IMG/VR virus record: IMGVR_UViG_3300031679_000007
Location: 1 to 34,966 of that record
Strand: one strand, 5' to 3'
DNA length: 34,966 nucleotides
Source: a virus
Taxonomy: Duplodnaviria > Caudoviricetes
The position numbers and the translations under genes were made by a program. The notes below the pieces were generated by a model. The model made no database searches, had not been told where the DNA came from, and saw only the letters and a program-made list of their open reading frames with translations. Within the stretch, counting starts at the first letter, position 1. Each line of letters starts with the position of its first letter. Positions 26,226 through 34,476 of this stretch are shown here, in pieces.

Positions 26226-29200
26226 CGGTTCAGCACCTGCACGTAGAACGCCGAGTAATTGCCTGTACCCCAGTTGAGTTGTTGGCTCGTAGTTGAGAGC
26301 CAATACAGCGTAAACGTGTGCGTGCCTATCGACAACGCATTGTTGTAATAAAATGCGAAGCCCGCGCTCTGAGCGTAGCTGCTCGGCAACATGATGGAGA
26401 ATTGGCTCAGCGAAGTCATCCACAGCGCGCCATCGAGGCCAATAGCTAGCTGCCATAACACGGGATTGCTCGCCGTAGCAACAGGCGAATAGGTACTGAT
26501 AGTGCCCGAAAAAAGAATGCCGGTATGCCCGGATTGACAGTTAACGGTGATGCCTGTCGTGCCAAATGGGGCGGGCGCGGCTACAAAGCTACTACTCGTG
26601 GTCGAGCCACCTGGCGCGTTTACAAGACCGCCGTAGGATGACACGGCGTTATTCGCCAGATCGACGGTTTGAATGGTGCCATCCAGAATGCTTGCCGAGG
26701 TGACCGACCCGGTCGCGAGTCCGGGATTGGGCAATGTCCCGGTGAGCACGCCACCGAGGGTGCCCACGTTGCCCGCGGCGGCACCCGCGGCCATGTCCAC
26801 GGCGGCGATCGTCCCATCCACAATCATCGCCGAAGTAACCGAGCCCGTCGGCAAACTGGGGAGCACGGCTACTGGTAATTTGCCGTCCGAGCCTGCCACC
26901 GGAATGGTGTTGGCGAACGGCGCCACGGTAGCTGGCGCGTAGCCGCCGAGCGTCGCCGCGTCGGTACCGCCGCCGGCGATGTAGTCGACCGAGATACGCC
27001 CGTCTTCGCTGGCGCCGATGGGCACCGCCAGGGTGACCACCGCGCCCGCGAGGCTGTAGTGGCCCGCCGACTGGTACTGCACCACGCCCGAGCGGCTCAG
27101 CAGCGGGATGCCGCTGGGCGCGACGGGCAGGGTGATCGTGGTGGCGCCTGGGGCGAGCGTCGTCTCGTAGTGCGAGGCGTACTGCGCCGGATTGAACGGC
27201 GCCACCTGATACTCGACGTGCACGTCGTCGGCGGCCAGCGGCGTGGTGAAGGTGATCACCGCCCCCGAGATCGTCCAGTCGCGCGTGGCGATCAGCGCCT
27301 GGCCGTTGACGGCGACCTCGATCACGCCGTTCGACATTGGCGTCTGCGGCAGGGTGATCGTGCTGGCGGTCACCGCCTGGGCCTCGTACACCAGCACCGA
27401 GATGCCGCCCGCCGCGCCGCTCTGGTTGACCCAGCCAACGTCGTAGTTGGTGGCGGAGTTCTTCCCCAGCACCTGGTTGGCGCTGCCACCAGTCGGCACG
27501 CTGCCGTTGCCAGTGATCGCGCCACCCGTGACCGACACGCCGTTCGCAGCGGTCACCGCCAGGGGCAGCGTCAGAGCTGTGGAGCTCGCGGCCAGCACCT
27601 GGACACCGCCCGCCGCAAGGCTCAGTTGGTTCGCCGCTGGCGAATATGCGCCGGTGCCGGTCGAGGCACTGAAACTGAAGCTCGGCGCTGTGACACTGCC
27701 ATTCGGCGCCAGGAGCGGGTACGTGATGGCCGGCGCTGGAGTCGACCAGATCAGGTCGTAGTTGGTGGCCGAGTTCTTCGTCAGTACCTGGCCCGTGGTG
27801 CCACCAGTTGGCACCGAACCTGAGCCGGTAATCGACCCACCGGTGACCGAGATGCCGTTCTGGGCGGTGATGCCACCGACATGGGTAGTAGCCCCGCTGA
27901 CCGTCAGGGTGAGTGGGAGCGTGACGCCGCTCGAGGTCGCGCTCAGGACCTGGACGCCGCCAGCCGCCAGCGCGAGTTGGTTGGTCGCGGGCGAATACAT
28001 ACCCGTGCCAGGCGAGGCGCTGAAGCTGTGGCTGGGCGCGGCCACGCTGCCATTCGGCGCCAGTAGTGGCCAACTGAGCGCTGTCGAACTGACCGAGCCG
28101 GCCGCCAGACTGGGATTTGGCAGCGTGCCCGACAACGCACCGCCGAGTGTGCCCACATTCGTCGCGGCAGCGCCGGCGGCCATGCCTGGACTCGGCAAAC
28201 TACCCGTGAGCACGCCGCTGAGCGTGCCCACATTGGTGGCAGCTGCGCCGGCGGCCATACCAGGGTTCGGGTACGTCCCGCTCAGCACGCCGCCCGCCGG
28301 GCCAGCCGCGGCAGGCGTGCTCCAGATCAGGTCGTAGTTCGTCGCGGTGTTCTTGGTGAGGACCTGGCCCGCCGTGCCGGCGCTCGGCACCGAGCCCGAA
28401 CCGGTGAACGCGCCGCCAGTCACGGCCACGCCGTTCTGAGCGGTGACCGCCCCGACGTGCGTCGTGGCACCCGTCACGCTCAGCGTGAGTGGCAATGTCA
28501 CCCCGCTCGAAATTGCGCTCAGGACCTGGACGCCGGCCGCCGCGAGCGCCATCTGGCCGCCAGCCGGCGAGTACATACCCGTCCCGCTCGACGCGCTGAA
28601 ACTGTAGCTCGGCGCCGCGAGCGTGCCGTTGGGGGCCAGCAGTGGATACGCCACCGCGGCGGAGGGTGCGCTCCAAACGAGGTCGTAGTTCGTGACGCTG
28701 TTCTTCGTCAGCACCTGGCCGGCGGCACCACCTGGCGGCACCGAACCTGAGCCCGTGAACGCCCCGCCAGTGACTGAGATGCCATTCGCCGCCGTCAGCA
28801 GACCGCTGAGCGTGCCACCCGTCAGCTGCAGATAGCGGGCATCCGCTTGCGCCTGGGTAATGAACGACGCCGTGCTCGTGCTGATGGCAGTGTCCACGTA
28901 GCGCTTGGTCGCGGCCTGGGCCGGCCCTGAGGGATCACTCGCCAGCGAGAGCACACCGGTCATCGTCCCGCCAGCCAGCTGCAAGTAGCGCGCGTCGGCC
29001 TGGCTCTGCGTGTAGTAGCGCGCGTCGCCGGTCGACTGGGTCAGGTACTGCGGGTGCGGGTTGCCGGCTGGCAGGTTCGCCAGGGTGTTGTGGTCGACCA
29101 GCGGCTGGGATGGCTGGGAGATGGTGATCGCTTGCGGCGCATTCCAGGCTGGCTGGCCAAAGACCGTCCCGACGAAGGTCGGATCCGTGTAGATGCCGTC

Positions 29201-29509
29201 GACCGCCGCGGTGCTCCCCGCCGAGTCGGCGGTGACCGTCTTGCGCACGGTGTAGAAGCCAGGCGCGGTGACCTCGATGTCGAACTCACGCTCTTCATTC
29301 AGCCAGAAGTTGATCTCGCCCTCGAGGTTGGCGGGCACCGGGTTCGGCAGCGTGTTAGACGTGGTGCCATCGTCGACGTAGATCGGCTCGGCGATCGGGT
29401 TCGAGGTGCCCTGGTCGTAGACCGCGCACATCGCGTTGCCAGGAATAGCGAGCGCGCCGGTCGGCGTCCGCATGAACACCGAGTCTCGGAACTGGGCACG
29501 CAGACCCAC
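26222..29509 (-). CDS. Long repetitive tail fibre protein
   Basis: 1095 aa, Gly/Ala/Thr-rich; HPQYL and AATKRYVD fibre motifs; three ~110-aa repeats (PLLAPNG...GQVLTKN.ATNYD) and GTLGGVLTGTLPNPG-type repeats. Confidence 0.85.
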   Translation of the reverse strand: MGLRAQFRDSVFMRTPTGALAIPGNAMCAVYDQGTSNPIAEPIYVDDGTTSNTLPNPVPANLEGEINFWLNEEREFDIEVTAPGFYTVRKTVTADSAGSTAAVDGIYTDPTFVGTVFGQPAWNAPQAITISQPSQPLVDHNTLANLPAGNPHPQYLTQSTGDARYYTQSQADARYLQLAGGTMTGVLSLASDPSGPAQAATKRYVDTAISTSTASFITQAQADARYLQLTGGTLSGLLTAANGISVTGGAFTGSGSVPPGGAAGQVLTKNSVTNYDLVWSAPSAAVAYPLLAPNGTLAAPSYSFSASSGTGMYSPAGGQMALAAAGVQVLSAISSGVTLPLTLSVTGATTHVGAVTAQNGVAVTGGAFTGSGSVPSAGTAGQVLTKNTATNYDLIWSTPAAAGPAGGVLSGTYPNPGMAAGAAATNVGTLSGVLTGSLPSPGMAAGAAATNVGTLGGALSGTLPNPSLAAGSVSSTALSWPLLAPNGSVAAPSHSFSASPGTGMYSPATNQLALAAGGVQVLSATSSGVTLPLTLTVSGATTHVGGITAQNGISVTGGSITGSGSVPTGGTTGQVLTKNSATNYDLIWSTPAPAITYPLLAPNGSVTAPSFSFSASTGTGAYSPAANQLSLAAGGVQVLAASSTALTLPLAVTAANGVSVTGGAITGNGSVPTGGSANQVLGKNSATNYDVGWVNQSGAAGGISVLVYEAQAVTASTITLPQTPMSNGVIEVAVNGQALIATRDWTISGAVITFTTPLAADDVHVEYQVAPFNPAQYASHYETTLAPGATTITLPVAPSGIPLLSRSGVVQYQSAGHYSLAGAVVTLAVPIGASEDGRISVDYIAGGGTDAATLGGYAPATVAPFANTIPVAGSDGKLPVAVLPSLPTGSVTSAMIVDGTIAAVDMAAGAAAGNVGTLGGVLTGTLPNPGLATGSVTSASILDGTIQTVDLANNAVSSYGGLVNAPGGSTTSSSFVAAPAPFGTTGITVNCQSGHTGILFSGTISTYSPVATASNPVLWQLAIGLDGALWMTSLSQFSIMLPSSYAQSAGFAFYYNNALSIGTHTFTLYWLSTTSQQLNWGTGNYSAFYVQVLNR

Positions 29510-29515
29510 CGACGC

Positions 29516-29956
29516 TTACTCCGCGGCCTGGAGCGCTTCTTCGCGTTCGATGATCTGGCGGTGATCCCGCCTGGCGTGACCCGCCAGATGGAACTTGTCC
29601 ACGAAGTCTTTGCCGCAATGCATGCACTGCCACTCGATCGGCTGCAGCTCGGCGAAGCCGTCCTCGACAACCAGGTGCCACCGCGGCACCTTCTTGCAGT
29701 CGAAGCGCACGTTGCCGCCGCACGGGAACTTGCCGGTCAGGAACTGCTCCAGGACGTCGGTCTCGTACGCGCTCAGACAGATGACCACCTCACCCGCCGC
29801 GATCGCGGCCTTGATGGCCTCCCAGTCCGACTCGCGCCGCTGACCGACGTTGTTGACGATCTGCACCGCGCCGAACTGGCGCATCGCCGAGCGTCCCGGA
29901 ATCAGGATCTCCCGCCGCGACTGGCCATTCGTACTATAAATTGACAAGATTGGCAC
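29516..29956 (-). CDS. Late protein with C-terminal C2H2 Zn finger; its 5' end is supplied by the HNH insertion
   Basis: GTG 29956 preceded by AGGGA; MPILSIYSTNGQSRREILIPGRSAMRQF...CMHCGKDFVDKFHLAGHARRDH. Confidence 0.7.
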   Translation of the reverse strand: MPILSIYSTNGQSRREILIPGRSAMRQFGAVQIVNNVGQRRESDWEAIKAAIAAGEVVICLSAYETDVLEQFLTGKFPCGGNVRFDCKKVPRWHLVVEDGFAELQPIEWQCMHCGKDFVDKFHLAGHARRDHRQIIEREEALQAAE

Positions 29957-30600
29957 GGCAGAAGTCCCTATCCGAACGCTTCTGGGCCAAGGTCGAGAAG
30001 ACCGATGGCTGTTGGCTTTGGACCGGTGCCACCGTGGGCGACACCATTCGCTATGGGAATATCTCGCGCGGCCGAAGAGGCGAGGGCTACGTCCGCGCCC
30101 ACAAGCTTTCGTGGGAGCTTCACTTTGGCCCGATAGCGCCGGGCTTGGCGGTCCTTCACCATTGCGACATTGGACTTTGCGTCCGACCGGACCATCTCTT
30201 CCTTGGCACACAGTTCGAAAATGTCCAAGACATGATCGCCAAAGGTCGCGACCGGCGATGGCAACCCAAAGGCACGGCCAACGGAAGCGCGCGTCTTACG
30301 GACGACGAGATACGAGCAATTCGGCAGCACTTTCACGACGGGCTTTTGCAGCGCGACATAGCCGCCATTTACGGGCTCAGTGAGGGTTACATCAGCTCCA
30401 TCGTGCGCGGGCGAAACTGGACGCATATCGAAGGCGCGGCGCCGATCGTTGTCTCCACACATTGCGGGCGAGGCCACCTCTTGGATGACGCGAACACCCG
30501 ACTCTCGCGAGGGCGACGGGTCTGCCGTGCATGCGAACGAGAGAAGTCGCGTCGGCTCTATCACCAGCGGCGCGGCTGAGTAGACGCTGAGGAGCGGCAT
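29933..30600. mobile_element. HNH cassette bounded by a duplicated, recoded 8-codon gene start
   Basis: On the minus strand, MPLLSVYS at 30600-30577 and (M/V)PILSIYS at 29956-29933 bracket the HNH gene. Confidence 0.75.
29941..30579 (+). CDS. Free-standing HNH homing endonuclease (HNH domain + HTH + Zn finger)
   Basis: RFWAKV..CWLWTG..RAHKLSW..VLHHCD..CVRPDHLFLGT..EN..DM; HTH LLQRDIAAIYGLSEGYISSIV; THCGRGH...CRAC. It is the only convincing + strand gene in the late block. Confidence 0.92.
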   Translation: MTRLARQKSLSERFWAKVEKTDGCWLWTGATVGDTIRYGNISRGRRGEGYVRAHKLSWELHFGPIAPGLAVLHHCDIGLCVRPDHLFLGTQFENVQDMIAKGRDRRWQPKGTANGSARLTDDEIRAIRQHFHDGLLQRDIAAIYGLSEGYISSIVRGRNWTHIEGAAPIVVSTHCGRGHLLDDANTRLSRGRRVCRACEREKSRRLYHQRRG

Positions 30601-31070
30601 TACTTGCGCTTGCCCCCACCGATCTTCTTGCCGGCGCTGTTGATCCCTGGACGGTTGTTGCCCTTCGGGTCGCGCTGGCCACCCTTGACCGTCGTGCCCC
30701 TGCCGCGACCCCCGCCGACGCCTGGCACGATGGGTCCTGGTGTAGGCGGCCCAGCTGCCGGTGGAGCTGGTCGCGGGGCAGGCCTGCGACGCGGACGCGG
30801 AGGACGCACGCCAGGCGGCATGGGCAGCGGCGCTGGCGCTGGCGGCGGAGCCGCGCCGGCTGGCGGCGTGATCTGTGGCATAGCGCCGGCACCCATCGGC
30901 GCGGGTGGCATGCCCTGACCCTTGCCGACGCGGCGATTCCCACCTCCCTTGCCGGTGTCGGTGGGGAGCCCGCGGCGACGGTCAATCGCGTTGTCGCGCG
31001 GCGAGCCTTCTTTGATACCGCGCTTCTTGTCCCAGGCGGCGTCTGACGCTTCGGTCCACTTCTTAGCCAT
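30600..31070 (-). CDS. Basic Pro/Gly-rich protein
   Basis: MAKKWTEASDAAWDKKRGIKEGS N-terminus, low-complexity remainder; stop TAA overlaps the next ATG. Confidence 0.65.
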   Translation of the reverse strand: MAKKWTEASDAAWDKKRGIKEGSPRDNAIDRRRGLPTDTGKGGGNRRVGKGQGMPPAPMGAGAMPQITPPAGAAPPPAPAPLPMPPGVRPPRPRRRPAPRPAPPAAGPPTPGPIVPGVGGGRGRGTTVKGGQRDPKGNNRPGINSAGKKIGGGKRK

Positions 31071-31392
31071 GCTTGAAGATCGCCTCGTAATTGTTTCGGT
31101 AGGCTTCGCTCGGTGCGGAGACGTAGCGCTCGGTGCGCACGTCGAGCGGGATCTTGCCCAGCGTCTTGAGGCCAGCCGCCTCGTTGTGCGCCAGACCGCG
31201 CCTGGTGGTCACCGACCAGTTGGCGCCACACCCGTCGTTGGCCGAGCCCTTGCCGGCCCCGCCGCACACGTACGTTGCCCAGTCTTGCTGGTCGGTCGCC
31301 GGCGCGCCGTGCACGTTGAACGGCTCGTTCTCGGTGCCGCAATGTGAACACGTGTCGTAGGCGTAGCCCCTGTCCCCGATCGGTGCGCTCAC
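31063..31392 (-). CDS. Zn-ribbon protein
   Basis: CSHC...VC...GCG motif; GTGA coupling. Confidence 0.65.
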   Translation of the reverse strand: MSAPIGDRGYAYDTCSHCGTENEPFNVHGAPATDQQDWATYVCGGAGKGSANDGCGANWSVTTRRGLAHNEAAGLKTLGKIPLDVRTERYVSAPSEAYRNNYEAIFKHG

Positions 31393-32873
31393 GCCTCGAC
31401 CTGGTCCAGGAGCTTCACCCGCTCGCGTAATTCGTCGAGGTAGCCATCCAGCGCGGTCGGGCCGCTATGCGGGCAGTGGGCGTACTTGTCGTTGGCGAAG
31501 TCGAGCGTCACCTGGGCATCGGCTGTGATGGCCATGATCTCCTCGACGACACACTGGCAGCAGCACGTGTGGCGGCTGCACTCGTCGTCTTCACAACAGC
31601 GATCACAGTCGCAGCACTCCGGGCAGCAGGGCTCGGCGTCCAGGTCGCTCGGATCGTGGCGGTGCGTCACTATCGCTTGTTCCATCGCGCGGGCTAACCC
31701 CCTGGTCGAAACACGCAGGTCGTCGGCGACCTGCTCGAGCATCGGTTTCCAGTAGTGCTCGGCGACGATCTTCCAGTCGTACTGGCGCGCCCAGCTGACG
31801 ATCAGCTCCTGGTCGACATCAGTCGGCGGATGATCGTGCACGGCGTGCAGCGCATGCGCCAGGGCGGTGATGTCCTGCACCGCGACCCAGCTCATCATCG
31901 TCGTGAGCTGTTTCTGGAGTGGCGCGACGAGCGTGCCGTAGCCAGGCGCGACCAGCTCCGTCATGCTCGTCGCATCCACCGCGACCACAGGCGTCCCGCA
32001 CGCCTGTGCTTCGATGATCGGCAACCCGAAGCCTTCGTGGGTCGAGGCCTGCAGCAGGACGTCGAAGGCGTTGTACATGACCGCCATGCCCTGCGCTGGC
32101 ATGCCGATCGTCTGCAGGTACTGGTCGGAGAATTTGACGTACGGACCGATGCCCAGCGTTTCCGCCAGCACCATCAGGTGCGGCCCGCCATAGTCCGTAG
32201 TGACCAGCGAATGCACGAACAGACGCGCCTGCGGCACCCGCTCGCGCAGCATCTTGAAGGCCTGGAACGCCTCCGGGAAACCCTTGCGGGGCGGCCAACC
32301 TTTGTTGGCGCCGACCATGCCGACCACGAAATCGCTCGCCTCGAAGCCGAGCACCTCTTTGGCTTGCGCCCGCCCACCAGGCGGGAACGGGCGGTAGATG
32401 TCCGTGTCGACGCCGTGCGGGATGTAGCTACACGGCAGGCCGGTCTGTTGCACCAGCCGCTCGCCGAACTTGCTGTAGGGCAGCACACGCTTCATGTGCG
32501 GCAGTCTGGCGAGCACCAGGTCAGGGATCGGCTCCTGGTCGATCGGCGTCCAGGCCAGCCAGTTGAGCGGACGGTAGACCTCCGGGTTGCACACCCAGGC
32601 GTCCATCAGCGTAATGACGCAGTCCGCATCCCAGTCCCTGGCGTGTGCGGCGACCACGTCGTTGCCGTAGCGCTCGACGTGGCGCGGATAGTGAGTCAGC
32701 ACTGGCCCATCCTGCCCGCCGAGCGGCAGATCCACCTTGCCTCCTTCGAGACCGTAGAAGGCGAAGATCGCGATCTCGTGACCCTGCTCGACCAGGTGAG
32801 GCAGCAAGCCGCGAACCTGAACCCCGTAGCCCTGATGGGACCAACCGGAGTTGCTGACCCACAGTATCCGCAC
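31389..32873 (-). CDS. GT4 (GT-B fold) glycosyltransferase with Cys-rich C-terminal extension
   Basis: MRILWVSN..GYG, IPHGVDT, RKG and EGFGLPIIEAQACGTPVV signatures. Confidence 0.92.
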   Translation of the reverse strand: MRILWVSNSGWSHQGYGVQVRGLLPHLVEQGHEIAIFAFYGLEGGKVDLPLGGQDGPVLTHYPRHVERYGNDVVAAHARDWDADCVITLMDAWVCNPEVYRPLNWLAWTPIDQEPIPDLVLARLPHMKRVLPYSKFGERLVQQTGLPCSYIPHGVDTDIYRPFPPGGRAQAKEVLGFEASDFVVGMVGANKGWPPRKGFPEAFQAFKMLRERVPQARLFVHSLVTTDYGGPHLMVLAETLGIGPYVKFSDQYLQTIGMPAQGMAVMYNAFDVLLQASTHEGFGLPIIEAQACGTPVVAVDATSMTELVAPGYGTLVAPLQKQLTTMMSWVAVQDITALAHALHAVHDHPPTDVDQELIVSWARQYDWKIVAEHYWKPMLEQVADDLRVSTRGLARAMEQAIVTHRHDPSDLDAEPCCPECCDCDRCCEDDECSRHTCCCQCVVEEIMAITADAQVTLDFANDKYAHCPHSGPTALDGYLDELRERVKLLDQVEA

Positions 32874-32875
32874 GT

Positions 32876-33223
32876 CTAGGCCAGCCTGAACCACAGCGCC
32901 GCGGAGGCGTCCCAGACCAGCAGCCGACCCGTGAGCCCGGCAATCGCCGTGGCGCCGTCAGCGATGAAGCTGGTGCCCGCCGCGGCCGGCGTGATGGTGT
33001 TGGCCGCGATCGCCTCGTTGACCAGGGCGATGATCTGGCCGTTGAACAGCCCTTGCCCCAGGATCACGCCCGTGACCGCAGCCGCGGGGTTGAGCCGCAC
33101 CATGCCGATCGGCACGCCCGAGTTGTTGCTGGGAATGATGCCGCCGGTGGCGATCGGGATAGAGACGCCTGCGCCCGCGAGGCTGATCTTGTCTGCCCCG
33201 TGCAGGCTGTCGTACATGATCAT
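32876..33223 (-). CDS. Probable capsid decoration/cement protein
   Basis: TGATG-coupled to the MCP stop; small Ala/Gly/Ile-rich beta protein. Confidence 0.6.
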   Translation of the reverse strand: MIMYDSLHGADKISLAGAGVSIPIATGGIIPSNNSGVPIGMVRLNPAAAVTGVILGQGLFNGQIIALVNEAIAANTITPAAAGTSFIADGATAIAGLTGRLLVWDASAALWFRLA

Positions 33224-34458
33224 CAGTAGGTGCCTCCGCACTCGAGGCGCCACAGCCAGCGCTCGGTAGTACGTCCCCAGCCTGAGATCAAGTACCACCC
33301 ATGATTTACAAATCTCCCTAACACGTCAAACGGACCAGTCACGGTGGCTACACCGTATGGGCCAGTTTCTGAGCTAGCAGCTTTGGTAATTGATTGCGGA
33401 CCAAATATCGCTAACGGATACACATTCGCGCAGCCGCCCGTGTTCCACGCGGTCTTGACCGCCGTGCCCGAAGCGTGTGCGTAGCGCAGACCACCCGCGT
33501 TATTGGGGCCTGGATCGTAGGCCGTCACCGTGAGACCCGTACCACCCGCGCCCGCGGTGCCGACCGCGAGGACCTGCACCAGCTCGTTGGTATCGGACCA
33601 GACGTTGCCTGGCTCGGTCGCGTCCTGGATCACGATCCAGTCGCCGACGTTGATGTTGGTGACCGCCGTGACCTTGAGCGTGGTCGCCGCCGTGGTGCCG
33701 TCGCCGACCGCTGCCGCCGCGGCGAGCGTGGTGCTGGCCGCATTCGTCGGTGGCGCGCCGGCGCCCCAGAACGCCTTCCAGTTGCTGAGCACCACGAAGC
33801 GAATGCCCTGCCAGAAGCCGATCTCGCCGTTGAACAGCAGATCCGCCTTCTGGTAGACACCCAGGTTCTGCAGCACGCTGTCTTGCAAGAGGTCGTAGTG
33901 CATGTTGGGATGCATGACCGAGCCAAAGAAGCCGTCCTCGAAGCTGGGCGTCTTCGAGCCACGCGCGAGCGTTGCCAGGCGCAGCATGAGCGGCCCGGTG
34001 AGCTTGTTGGTGGACGTCAGCGCGGCGCGGTTCGCGGCGTTACCCGCCAGCACCACGCGCGTGCCCTGACCAAAGACCGGGCGCAGGATGAGGTCAATCG
34101 ACTCGGCCTGGTTGTTGCCGACCGCTTGCGCGGCCTGCTCGTACACGTCCGGGTAGGCCGTGGCTTTGACGAACCTGGTCACCTGGACCGCATTTCCGAA
34201 TTCAAACAGCGGGATAACCACCTCGCTGGCGGTCATCGGCACCGGCTGTACGTCGGACAGCTCCGAGAGCGCCGTGGTGGCCGGCTGCATATTCTCGAGG
34301 ATCGGGAAGTTGACTGACTGGCCGCGCTGACCGCCCATCACCTCACGCAGGTCGGTGAACTGGTCGAGACCAATCATCGACTGCGCCGCGAGCAGATAGT
34401 CGGCGTCGTAGAGCGGTTTAACTTCGGCGCTGAGCGCAGACGTGCCGGTTGCTGGCAC
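33223..34458 (-). CDS. Major capsid protein, N4-gp56-like (HK97 fold)
   Basis: GGAGG RBS; G.RGQSVNF...ATTALSE...FEFGNAVQVT, VMHP...YDL, GEIG.W.G.RFV and FD.LGR...GW motifs. Confidence 0.88.
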   Translation of the reverse strand: MPATGTSALSAEVKPLYDADYLLAAQSMIGLDQFTDLREVMGGQRGQSVNFPILENMQPATTALSELSDVQPVPMTASEVVIPLFEFGNAVQVTRFVKATAYPDVYEQAAQAVGNNQAESIDLILRPVFGQGTRVVLAGNAANRAALTSTNKLTGPLMLRLATLARGSKTPSFEDGFFGSVMHPNMHYDLLQDSVLQNLGVYQKADLLFNGEIGFWQGIRFVVLSNWKAFWGAGAPPTNAASTTLAAAAAVGDGTTAATTLKVTAVTNINVGDWIVIQDATEPGNVWSDTNELVQVLAVGTAGAGGTGLTVTAYDPGPNNAGGLRYAHASGTAVKTAWNTGGCANVYPLAIFGPQSITKAASSETGPYGVATVTGPFDVLGRFVNHGWYLISGWGRTTERWLWRLECGGTY

Positions 34459-34476
34459 TGGAAGGACCTCCGGTGG

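Noticed and set aside
24182-26720. Diversity-generating retroelement target/template pair
   Set aside because: There is no reverse transcriptase in the window, and the paralog differences include indels and are not adenine-specific.
29933-30600. Group I intron or intein explanation for the HNH insertion
   Set aside because: The HNH ORF fills the whole insert on the opposite strand, leaving no room for a ribozyme core, and no intein motifs are present. The duplicated start makes splicing unnecessary.
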